A stretch of 64,000 nucleotides of DNA from Nymphaea colorata. Lineage: Eukaryota. The DNA is taken from positions 13,082,001 to 13,146,000 of the forward strand of contig NC_045138.2 in assembly GCF_008831285.2 (NCBI RefSeq), in the 5' to 3' direction. Both the position numbers and the translations under genes were made by a program. Shown here piece by piece: positions 25,901-37,335 of the stretch. Below the pieces are notes generated by a model, which searched no databases, was not told the DNA's origin, and saw only the letters and a program-made list of their open reading frames with translations. Position 1 is the first letter of the stretch; every line of letters begins with the position of its first letter.

Positions 25901-26833
25901 GTGGATTGAATGAATTTTTAAAATGATTTTAAGCGTGGTGTAAAGTGGAGGCTCGAGTTTTAAAGTTCAAAATCCAATCAACTAGACCTCCAATCAGAAG
26001 CTTTGGTCTAAATCCTGCATGCAACATTCTAGACCGGATCAGTGCTGACCTCTGATTCAAACATTAGCTCCGAATGCCTAATTCAACACCTCATACCAGA
26101 TCAGATTATACCTCTGATCTATTTCTTAGATGCAAACCCTAAATCAAACGTCATAGAACCGATACAAATGGTTTATGAATCTTTGAAATCGTTTCCTGTT
26201 TTATAAATCTTTGAAACCACTCTCTAAGTTTTCCAAAATTTTGTAAATTGACTTCAAATTCTTATTATTGATTTTCTTAGAATTTTCTCAATTTCACCAG
26301 AGATCTTCAATTTTTTTGGATTTGATTTGGTACTTCTCTTAAATCATTGCTAAATTCTCAAGTTTGTAAATGCACCTTTCAACTTTTAGGTTTCTAAATT
26401 CCATTGGATTGTATGTATACTCGAAACGATTTTAAACGTGGTCTAGACTGGGGTTAATATTTTAAAATTCACATCCACATTAAAAATATACATTCGACAT
26501 CTTAGACCGGATAAGGTGAGATCTATGTTCCAGCTGGTTGTTCAAAATTTTGAGTCCAACATCCCAGACCGGATCAGGTGAGACCTCTGATCTTGACCGT
26601 TTTTTCGAAATTCCAAATCCAACATCCCAAACCGGATTGGATGAGACCTCTAATCCGTATCATATATATATTCAAAATCTTGAATCCAACATCCCTGACC
26701 AGATCAGGTGAGACCTCTGATCTTGACCATTGGTCGAAATCCCAAATCCAACATCCCAAACCGGATTGGATGAGACCTCTAATCCGTATCACATATATAA
26801 GTTTAAAATACAACTTAAAATCAGACTTCTATT
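10965..26833. repeat. Long-unit tandem array (satellite-like): 12 full units of ~1.25-1.28 kb plus a ~0.4-kb partial unit
   Basis: The anchor TTTTAAACRTGGTCT starts at 10965, 12244, 13526, 15067, 16346, 17607, 18862, 20135, 21395, 22648, 23907, 25168 and 26430. Units are near-identical by eye. Unit 3 is 1541 bp because of an internal duplication. The recurring MRPLILTVFSK.. ORFs mirror the periodicity. Confidence 0.98.
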
Positions 26834-27536
26834 CTATAGGTTCCAAAGTTGGATCATCTAATAGCTTAGGCATATATAGCTTAGGCATATATGCAGTGTG
26901 TAATGCAGATTTTTTCTCCATTTTGCGGTTTATTTTATTTTCTTTTGGAGTGTTATATAGACTTTCTAACTTTTTCAAATCATTGCGCAGAAAACATAAA
27001 TTTCTCTTTCTAATAAAAAGTTAGTGCTTTGCTTTGCATATGAATCAATTTTATGTCCATGGTTGGAGTCTTGTGCATGCACACTTCCTCTCCAGTAGAT
27101 TTCATGCATACATAATTTTGGTTTCAAAGAACTTTGGTAGCTTCTCTCGCTTTCCTTCTACTATATCCCCTACTCTTAGTCATACTATATTATCGTCATT
27201 TACATTTCAAGACTTCATATCAGGGGGACTATCAATCACCCTTCCCTCAAACCTTAACGTGTCCTCAAGGTGTCAACTCTGGAAGGCATTGGTGCAGTTA
27301 GGGGAGCTTGATAATTTTGGCTGTTTACTTAGTACAAGAGCCGATTGTCCAACTATCAACAGCTTGTTAGAGTCCATCTTACCATAGCTATAGCTGGAAC
27401 TATGCGAGACAAAGTAGTTCCAATGGGGAGTCCATCTTACCATAGCTATATCTGGAACTATGCGAGACAAAGTAGTTCCAATGGGGCAGGCTGAACTCTC
27501 TAAAGATGCTACCATTGGGTATCAATTTTTTAAAAC

Positions 27537-28120
27537 ATGCTTGTGGGTAGAGAAAAAAAAAGACCGGAGAGTCACATTCCTGCTAGCAGTGTTGCATCAA
27601 TATTACCCCAAGCTTTAAGCTTTTAGGAGGGGTTGCACCTTAAGATCTTTGCAGCCCCAAGCTTTAAGCTTTTAGGAGGGGTTGCACCTTAAGATCTTTG
27701 CAGCTGTCATGGTAGCTTGAACAGGCAATAGGCATTGTTGATAAAAGGGAGACAGAGTTAAGAATGATCCAGGCAGAATTGGAGAGGGGGCATGTAGGTG
27801 ACCGAATGGTTACAAGCATTGTATCTGTCGGAGGGGGAACGAGACGGAAGCCTATAATAAATCTGAAAAGAAATGAATGATGCATTCTCTGTGAAAGTAG
27901 GATCACATGTTCCTCGGAGTACTAAGCAGGTAGAGGGGCATATATCACAATTCAGGCATTTCCAAACCTTTAAAGATAAGTGAAGAGATTGCTCAGCCTT
28001 CAAGAATGATGAGTACCTTTCTTAATCTCCTGAGGCACACCTTGTTGATGACCCATTTCCAACCAGTCACAGAAAACTCGTCTGAAGAGCACTTTGAAGT
28101 TAATTTCAAGGTTAGGCTAC
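27537..28120 (+). repeat. ~0.55-kb dispersed repeat, second copy at 59461-59990
   Basis: ATGCTTGTGGGTAGAGAAAAAAAAAGAC.. to ..GAGCACTTTGAAGTTAATTTCAAGGTTAGGCTA is shared. ORFs 27758-28003 and 59593-59937 share LSLKVWKCLNCDICPSTCLVLRGTCD. Confidence 0.93.
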
Positions 28121-28588
28121 ATGATTCTGGGAAATTTTTGATGTGAGAACCATAAATGTAAAATCTCTTGTTCCTCAAGTTGGCACTATTCTCAACTCTG
28201 GGAGGATTCAAGATGCAACCTTCTATGTTCACAATGTAATTTTTGCGTCTTAATTTCAATTGAATTTCAAGTCCTTGTTACAATCAATGATTTAAAATCT
28301 TGAGATCTAAAATTTCAAAATTTCACATCACCTGTCGGATTTTAGACATGAGGCAAAAATTTGGTCTTTACAAGCAGATTTTCCTTCTAGACTTCGGATT
28401 TCACGGTCGCAATAGCTTACGTTCATGATTCTGGCAAATTTTTGATGTGAGAACCATAAATGTAAAATCTCTTGTTCCTCAAGTTGGCACGATTCTCAAC
28501 TCTGGGAGGATTCAAGATGCAACCTTCTATGTTCACAATGTAATTTTTGGGTCTTAATTTCAATTGAATTTCAAGTCCTTGTTACAAT
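28120..28588. repeat. ~165-bp direct duplication (28120-28283, 28424-28588)
   Basis: CATGATTCTGG..GTCCTTGTTACAAT is repeated with few mismatches. Confidence 0.93.
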
Positions 28589-28698
28589 TGTCTTTGTTAG
28601 ACCCCAGTCTTGTTTGTTGTTTCCTATTGGGGTTTCTCTATAGTCCGTGGGGTTTATCATTTCAGGCTGGGGTCTTTCATTTAGGCACTGGGATTATA

Positions 28699-29667
28699 TT
28701 TTTTTTAAGATGAAAGATTTATGATGTTACGTCTATATGGATTATATTATTCAGCCTATTTGTGTTGGATTTTTTAATTTTATTGTGCCTTGGCTTTTTG
28801 TTGGTTGTTTTGTTTTTTTTTTTCTTTTAGCTATGCATTCTGTCAGTTAGAAACTCGTTCATTTTTGTTTTTGGATTTTCTGTACCTTGGAATAATTAAT
28901 GCGTTATGTGTATTTCTGATTTTTTTTTCTATTTCTGTGGAGTTCATGTTTTGTACATAGTTCTTGGGCTGAAGACTGATCTTTTAGTTTGATGTTTCGT
29001 TTCTATAGAATGGGTTAATATAGTATAACTCGATAACTTAATAATACTTAGTATTTCATACTTTATAGATGTGAGGTTCAATCTTTGGTGAATAAATATT
29101 ATGTTGTTGTGCATAGCTATTCAGATAAGGTCTTCTCTTCAGTTGTCTTTGTTTTGCTTTTATGATTTATGAATTATCATTTTTTTAAGATGAAAGATTT
29201 ATGATGTTACGTCTATTGGGATTATATTTTTCAGTCTATTACATTGGAGTTTCAGCCTATTTGTGTTGGATTTTTTAATTTATTGTGCCTTGGCTTTTTG
29301 TTGGTTGTTTTGTTTTGTTTTTTTATCGGTTTGCATTCTGTCCCATCAGAAACCCTGTCCGTTAGAAACTGAGCTATGCATTCTGTCGGTTAGAAACTCT
29401 TCCGTTTTTGTTTTTAGATTTTCTGTGCCTTGTAATAGTTAATGCGTTATGTATATTTTTTATTTATTTTTTTAATTTCTGTGGAATCCATGTTTTGTAC
29501 ATAGCTCTTCGGCTGAAGACAGATTTTTTAGTTCCATGTTTTGTTTCCATAGAAGTGGTTAATATAGTATAACATGATAACTTAATAATAGTTAGTATTT
29601 CGTACTTTATAGACGTGAGATTCAATGTTTGGTGAATAAATATTATGCTGTTGTGCATAGCTATTCA
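28699..29667. repeat. ~0.43-0.48-kb diverged tandem duplication (28699-29124, 29180-29667)
   Basis: Both copies run from TTTTTTAAGATGAAAGATTTATGATGTTACGTCTAT to ATATTATGYTGTTGTGCATAGCTATTCA. Confidence 0.9.
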
Positions 29668-29668
29668 T

Positions 29669-31334
29669 TCCGTGGTAGCAACTGAGCGGATAGTCATGTA
29701 TCGGGAAAGATTTGCCGGAATGTACTCTGCACGTGCTTATTCACTGGCACAGGTTGGAAAAAATTACTACTCTAGTTTAAAATCTTATCGTTATGCCCAT
29801 ATCTGTCACCTCTTCCAAGAATCATATGTTTTTCAGTTTAAGAATCACTTGTATTTCTGGTGGGGGGTTGGGGTACAGATGTAAATACAGTAGATGTAGC
29901 TATTGCCTCATCCAACTAGTCAGGAACAGGCTGTCAGTCATAGATAAAGGATTCAATGTACATAATTTTATCAGATCCAATTGCTTGATATAATTGATTT
30001 TGGAGATCCACTGGATTTGATAAAATGGTTGTACAAATGGTAGCAATTGATCACTTTTTCCATATAATGAATTTCTTGAGTATGAAAATTCGAAGTTGGG
30101 TTCAAGTTGGACATCAGATAACATGTAACGTTTTATCCATAGTGGTGGAAATAGATGCAGGAAAATACCAAGAAAAAAAATTATTTCAACTAAATTTCTA
30201 TTTCATCTGTATGAATGCAGGTCGCCATCGAAATTCCTTGTGCATTGATCCAAGCTGTTACATTTTGGATTATCACATACCCTTCAGTTGGTTATTACTG
30301 GTCTGCTTATAAGATCTCCTGGTACATCTTTTCGATATTTTCTATGCTCATCTTGGGATGCTGGTGGTCTCATTAACTCCAAACGCTCAAATTGCTGCTA
30401 TACTGCAATCTGTTTTCAACACATTACTGACTCTCTTTTCTGGCTTCCTGATATCTGGAAAAGTAAGAATAGATTTGTGCTTTTGCTTTTCTGGATGTCG
30501 TTATAGAATACTTTCTGGATTCTTGCTCAACATTAATTAGTTTGCTTTCTGAAAAAGGGTCTGGAAATGGCTCCAGTAGAACTTGATCTATAAACAACTA
30601 TTGCTCGTCTATCTTGGGCAAGCAGCAAATTCATGTACTCTAGGAAGTAGTCATTCAGAGTTGCATCGTATTCAATGCATCCAACATCTACTCAGTGATA
30701 ATCAAAGGACATGCTTTCACTAAACTCATTTTAGGTGGCAGATCACTCTTGATCCAAGGAATGAGCTAAAAGACATTTCTAACCCATGCATGATGGGTGA
30801 ACCAATTAAGATGTGGTAGGGTAAAAAAGGCTGCTCCTTGATGCTTGTAGAAGATCATCTGAAACCTCATCCAGTTTGCTAGACCATCAGGCAAACAATC
30901 GCAGACTGAGAATAGCCTCAAAAGCCTGAAGCTGGTGCAGGGTATGTCCCATCATGACTAATGTTTATCTGACTAATTACACAAGTAACTAATTAACCTC
31001 GGATGTGACCTTTAAGAAAGAAAATAGTTATGGGATTGTGCTAATATTCACTAATGAGGTCAACTCTTTTCTGATACAGCAAATTCCATGGCTGTACTGG
31101 ATCACCCCTTCAAATTGGACTATCCGTGGACTTTTTACATCACAGTATGGTGACATAGACAAGGAGATTGACGTATTTGGAGAAAAGAAGGCAGTTAGTT
31201 TGTTCCTGAAAGATTATTTTGGCTTTCGGCATGATCAGTTGGGCGTTGTGGCAGTTGTTCTCTTCGCATACGCTGTTGCCTTCGCTTCTTTGTTTGCTTA
31301 TTGTATATCTAAGCTTAATTTTCAGAGAAGATGA
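29669..31334 (+). pseudogene. 5'-truncated pleiotropic drug resistance (full-size ABCG/PDR) transporter pseudogene, last three exons
   Basis: Exon 29669-29752: SVVATERIVMYRERFAGMYSARAYSLAQ|GT. Exon 30221-30462 (CAG..GT; 242 nt, frameshifted by a deletion): [51 protein letters not shown]. Exon 31080-31334: QIP[KWWI-type motif missing][29 protein letters not shown], the typical PDR C-terminus. Confidence 0.93.
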
Positions 31335-33149
31335 TTAGATTTATGTTCACTCAATTTATCTCAGCTATTATAGAACAGCTCGACTGCTTACATTCTTGTC
31401 TTTGAGAAGATTACCTAAGCTTCAGCTAAAACAGTTCCACCGGCGCCTCGTCAGTTTTACAATGGCAATGACCTCAACTATCAACAATATCGGATGTGTG
31501 TGTATTTCGGCCAACCGACGTTCTACGAGTTTTATGATTGTTTGACCAGATCCCACCCTCTATTTTTCTGATTTGACTTGATGAGTTCGGGCGGTCAAAC
31601 TTGAGTTTGAAAAAGGATCGGAAACTCAATAATGTGTCGATTGGATTTTATGGCCCCTCAAATTCTCAATCAATTTAAACCCGTTGGTTTTAATGTAAAT
31701 CAGAATTGGTGAGCACCTTGTATAAATCTAAAAGTATAAATTTTTGGGTTTGTTCATGATAGACAAAAGTAATTTTTAGATGTTTAAATATGAAATGCAT
31801 GGGCTAATGACTTTCAATGCTTTCTATTAAAGATGTATGACAGACCAAGTCTCACAAAAATAGATTGCATCTGATATAGTTTTTCTTTTCCTAAGCAAGC
31901 AGATAAAAACGTGATAAATAGTTAATATTAAGACATAATAAATTTGCAGGTGCAAATTCAGCGGATTGCATATGATCCAAGTATCCTTGCAAAACTCACT
32001 TGCCGGGCACCTGTAGGCCCCATCTGGTTTCAGGAAAAAGAGTGATTTATTCATATCTAACTGTCGACGCGAAGAAGAAGACAAGCAGAAGCCATCATGG
32101 GCGTCCATAGAAAGTGAAATAAGCGTCCATAGAAAGTGAAATAATATGATTTTATTGAGAAATGTATCCGAAAAAGTCAAATTTAAAAAGTAACATGGAA
32201 GCTGCGGTTCCTATTTAAAAATAGCAACTCGCCTTCCTTTTTATTAGGTTCCAGAATTTAAAAAAACGGTAGAAGAAAAATAGACGTTGGGGAACCCTCT
32301 CATCTCTTCTTCGTCGAAGCAGCTTTGACGCCAAAAGAGAGAGAGTCGAGGAGGAGGCATCATGGCTTTTGGGGTTGAGAGTTGGACGCCAAGAAGCGTA
32401 GTTCGGTTGGAAAAGGCATCTCCTTCTGGGCAGCCATGGTTGAGCAGGTTAGACCTCCGATCTGATCTCTATCATTCTCATTACTTCTCCTTTATTTGTT
32501 GATTCCTGTTGGTCATCTCATTTGTCTTGCCCCTCTCAAACTGTAGAAGTAGAATCACAATGCGAGTTTCCTTGTGTTTTTTCATGCATCCGCAACGGGC
32601 ATAGTCAATCGGGGATAGATTGCTCGGGCATAAAACTCGCTCTGGGTTAAATTTTTTCAACAAGTTTAAAAAGTTGGATTTCTGTATGGTATAGAAATTT
32701 CTTCATCCATATTCGAGTTCGAATTCGAATGCGTGAACATCTATAAATAGAATTATGGTGTCCGATCCGTTAGATTACCTACCAAAAAGCAACAAGTAAT
32801 GTAATGGGGATCATGAAATTAATTATGATTAGCAAGCAACCAAATCGTAGTTCGGTGAGCGTAGTGCGAGAGGGCTTAGGGTTCGCCTGGCACGAGCAGT
32901 GGGAACGAGTCCGGCTATGGCTGCCGGTCCCCCGATGGTCGATCCTCTTTCCCGGGGGGCGGAAGACAGCGGCAAGGAGTCAGCTGCGGCCCCCCAATAG
33001 AAGTCACAATGGAGGAAGGAGACTCTTCTCGTCGTTCCTGAGTATCGATTATGAGCAAGCAAGAGAAGCCGAAGCTGATGGATGTCGAAGATGCTCAGGT
33101 CGCCTTCGATGGCAAGGTTCCAGTGATTTGTTTCTCCCATGAGGCAACG

Positions 33150-33395
33150 AAGCGTTTGAATGAACCCCTCAGGTTCTCGGCAGTGGCGGGACTTGTTGGG
33201 GGAAGGAGCAGACCAGGGATGGCCTAGGCCTATGCCTTTTTTCGTTGAAACAACAATGGAGCAGGGTTACAAAAATCCACAGTTTTCTATAGCAGGAAAT
33301 GGCAGATTCTTGGTGAAAATTAATATGGAAGAAGAACCCGCTGAGATCTTGAGAAGGCGCACTTACTGAGTGAGCGGTCGCATGCTTGTTTCAAC
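33150..33395 (+). mobile_element. LINE (L1-type) ORF1 DUF4283-like fragment
   Basis: LKQQW..FSIAGNGRFLVKINMEEEPAEILRRRTY*VSGRMLV resembles the GxGxFLVxF..E...IL...PWxVxGRML pattern of plant LINE ORF1. It follows a GC-rich 5' region (~32850-33150) and ends abruptly. Confidence 0.5.
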
Positions 33396-33808
33396 TTTTA
33401 AACTTCCTTTTACATGCTTTCTCATTCATTTTTTGCCATATGGCATGAACGCGCATGTGCACTTTGCATCACGTTTGGCCTGTTTCTGTTTCCTCTTTGT
33501 TCTTTAAATGCGACACAATGATAATTTTTAAGTGTTTGTGCTTCACATTTCCTTGTACACCTTGGATGCGTGTCACTACTATTGAAGAAAGTAGAGCAGA
33601 GTATTGTAAGTGTGCTTTACAAATATCTGTCGGAAACATCCGACTGTCAACTTGATCTTTCTTCATCGTTCAACCCAAGAGGTCTGACCTTAGATATTGG
33701 TCAGTGTAATTGGTTAATTCATCAAAGAATTTACTTCGTTACGATGTGCTTAAAATTTCATGTTTAGATTGTAATTTCGATCAAAACATTAAACTGAAGG
33801 CGTGTGTC

Positions 33809-33854
<46 letters not shown>

Positions 33855-35949
33855 GATTAATGGCATTCAAACAGAAAATACATGAGCTTATCGTCAGAAG
33901 CAGATATTTAGATTTTCTCAAAGTAAAAACTTTTTGGCCTCTTTACTCTTTAGTATTATAATGAAAACAAGTAATAATAATAATAACTACCGTTCGCCAA
34001 AAAGTGTAAACGAGGTCGTCCAAGTATCTATTGTTGTGTTTAAATTTTAAAATGACAGTCCGGGCTACGACGTTCTCGTTAATGTTTGAATAGGAAGAGA
34101 GGAGGTGTCTTCTACTGGTCAATGGATATCTTGGCCATTAGATGCCGTTGCACCTCCTAATCCATGCACCTTCTTAATCAACCAGCTTCAAAGGTATAAC
34201 CCTCAATTTTCAGATGTCTATGGATTTAAACCATTTTCCACTCCAAAATGTTTGGGTATAAAAGCTACTTGGTGGCAATGTCAGATAGAAGCACCATTTC
34301 CAACATAATACACTTCACAATATTTGATGCCATCAAAGAAAGTAGAGGAGTATTTCAATACACTTCATATTTAAAAGGATCTTCTTTTTGTTGAGCTAGT
34401 ATCCAACTTTAGATATGTCAGAGAACCAGAGCAGTCTAGTTAATTGAATGATCTCTAAAGAGGATGCCAACAATCTCTTAAATTGTAAGTTCAGGCTTGA
34501 CCCAGATCTCAGTCCAGAGGTATGTTCTTGCATCAGCCTGTTTTACTAGCTTCTCGAAAATTTTAAAAAATGTATCATCATAATTGTGTTTTGTTTCTAG
34601 GAAACTTGGATCCCCCACTTTCGTTTCCTTAGCAGAGTAACTTGCTTCTTTCTCATGATGCACATGCACATTTTTCTTCATGAAAATTAATTCTTTTTCT
34701 ACCTTTACAGGCTGTCTATCAAAGGCTATTGCTTCTTGTGCTTCAATGGTCGTATCAACAGCTTTTGTAAACGTGAAGAAGATGCATGTATGTTTCCAAA
34801 GGTACGTCTTGTAATTGAACGCTCTAACCCTTGTTCTGGTCGAACTCATGAGTTTGCAAGTGTGGGGCACTCTCTTTGTGACACCTGGTATGCAGGTTTT
34901 CTTTCCTAGTTACCTTAGTTCCTTAAGTAAATTGTATTTTTTTTTCTATTGAAACATGATGCTTATTTATGCTTCTTGATCTTGAGATTGATAGCAATTA
35001 TTTCTTATTTTTCTGTTCTAGTTTAGATTTATTTAATTGTTATTTGTTTGCCTTGTAATTGTATTGAGATTATGTCTAAAAAGGATTGCTATGTTATGTT
35101 GAAGTTGTTTTAGTTTTGCCAGCTTAGTTGTGATCTTGTAGCCCTTGCTTGGATAGTATCAGCTATAGGTTTTCTAAAGGATTGGCATTCACTTGCTGTC
35201 ATTTTAAGTCTTGCATGAAACTGTTGCAACATGGTCGGTAGCTACTTTCCATGTTTATGGTTATCACAAGAAATGCAAGCTGAAACTTTCAGGAAAAGCA
35301 GCTGAAATTTGCAAAAAGTACAACAAGACAGAAATTAATAGTGAAAGGACATTCTTATATGATATGATGGCACATCTATAAGATAGGCACATCTAAAAAA
35401 AATAGTTAGGTTTTGGGAATTGTGGACTAATGGTTTTTTGTGATTTTGTAATGGACACTTGAATTGTTTTGGCACCGCTTTGTGTAATCATTGAAATCAT
35501 TATTGCTAATTGTGGTAACTTGTATTTCAATGGTTATACTAGGTTGGTTGATTGATTTGCCGATCTTGTTTTTGGTGCATGATCTCCAATTATCTCAAAG
35601 TTATTTTTTTGGTTTGTAAGATAGGTAGGATTTAGATTTTATATGGTTTATAACTAGTGTTGTATCTGTACCTTCTTGCACATTGATCATAGGCTGAATG
35701 CTTAGGTATTATATTGTGAACTGCAGACTTGTATGATACTTTGCTTTGATTTATGCATATCTTTTTTTGTCTTATTGCTTAGACAGTTATTTTTTAGCAA
35801 ATATTATTTGTGCTATCTAGCAAGGTGCATGGTCTTTAGTTTGGCATACCATTCGGGGTCTAACAGAGTCCAAATCTGTAGTTGTCATTATGGTTTAACT
35901 GATTATTTTAGAAAACTTGCCGCGTAGGATTGGTTTATTTTGTTCTTCC

Positions 35950-37335
35950 TTAAGGAATGTGAAGAGCTTAACCCAAACCATTTGCCAAACCTGCAATCAG
36001 TTAAGGACCCAACATTTATGAGAACTTGTCTCCCTTAAACTAGACTTTTGTATAGAAGACATTACTTTTATGGGAGTATTGGTGAAGTTTGTTTTTCTAC
36101 CCAACCAACCCATCTTGTTTTTCATTTTGCCGTCTCTTTAGGGAGTATAGTTCCTTCCTCCTTTTGATATACCATTTGATGTCATGAATTTTTATAAAAG
36201 AGAAAATTTTAAATTTTACTTAAAAACATTGTTAAAATTGTTTTCTCACACCATGATATATGCCTTTGGTTTACTCTTAGTACCTTCTCGAGTAAAAGGA
36301 GAAAATTTTAAGTTTTTGTTGTCAATCAATGGAAGAGGAAAGCTGAAAATTCCTGTATATGAGCAGTAAGGAAAAAACTTATGAAGCTGAGAAAGTCAAG
36401 ACTAGAAAATGCTATTGACTCTGATGATCAAACATCTACAAGGATTCAACAAGAAAATATCTTGAGAGAAAAGCCATAATGTTCTGTAAGATCTTGGCAG
36501 GTAGCAAAATGAGAGTTGAGAGATGGGCTCGGGGCTTGTGTAGTCGTTCCTCTGAGTTGTTAATCGAGAGTACCGGGTAGACATATAGGTGATTTATGTC
36601 TGTTCCGCGAAGATAACGACTTATGAACCTTTGGCTCATCGAAGCCCGTAAGCTGAAACGGGTGGGACACGTGACAAAGCTACACATTACCACCAAAGCA
36701 GTGGAGTTCCGTAGTAGCCTTTGGGGTGGCGAGGTATTCCCTCAAAGGTGAAGGTCAGCCTTGAAAAAAAAAACAAGAAAAAAAAAATCGAAAAGCCAAA
36801 AGGCCAAATGCAAAAGAAAGAAAGAAAAAAAGAAGAAGAAGAAAAAAGTGTCTGCCAAGTGATGAAAAAGCATGAAGGTTGAACTCGCATGAATTGAATG
36901 TGACAATCTTTCATAGATGTGTGATGTTGGGATCAATATCTGCTTCTCTTTCTTGATTACCTAAGATGCCGAGGTTGATTCCTTTATGTTCATATTTTGG
37001 AAATTGAAAGACATCCTTCTAGAGATTTGATGACATTGACGCAAAATGAATCTTGATGTTTGTACGGTACTATGGGTAAATGAAGGTCATACTATTTGCA
37101 CAACACGAGCACTCTTGCTTATGAGTTAATTGATTGTTTTTGAACTATTTCAAAGTGAAAACTTGACATCTCTTGTTATATTTGTAGGCTTCCTAGACAT
37201 AGGACGAACTAACCAATTCTCGTTGGTCTTGAAAGATGTTTGTCATTTCATTACCAAACCACTTGTCCATTCATGGAATAGATGAAATTCCTCAAAACCT
37301 AGTCCACTCATGCTGAGTGTGATGAATTTTCTATC
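35950..37335 (+). mobile_element. Dispersed repeat family, copy 1 (probably LTR-retrotransposon non-coding region)
   Basis: Shares long blocks (e.g. GGCAGGTAGCAAAATGAGAGTTGAGAGATGGGCTCGGGGCTTGTGT; GTAGTAGCCTTTGGGGTGG..CCCTCAAAGGTGAAGGTC) with 53755-55132 (+) and, inverted, with 48165-48640. The repeat is certain; the retrotransposon assignment is inference. Confidence 0.65.

Noticed and set aside
10965..26833. 5S rDNA, tRNA or snRNA tandem array
   Set aside because: I could not find 5S, tRNA A/B-box or U-snRNA sequence in the unit.
10978..27024. Recurrent 64-148-aa ORFs on both strands in the array (MRPLILTVFSK.., MDFKLIYVIRIRG..)
   Set aside because: By-products of the 129-bp (in-frame) subrepeat. 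They mostly have non-ATG starts, are frameshifted between units and show no recognisable domain.
31005..31334. Stand-alone 109-aa CDS
   Set aside because: The ORF start lies in an intron; only 31080-31334 is the terminal PDR exon.
34478..34870. 130-aa minus-strand ORF
   Set aside because: No recognisable motif or splice context; it lies beside retroelement-like DNA.
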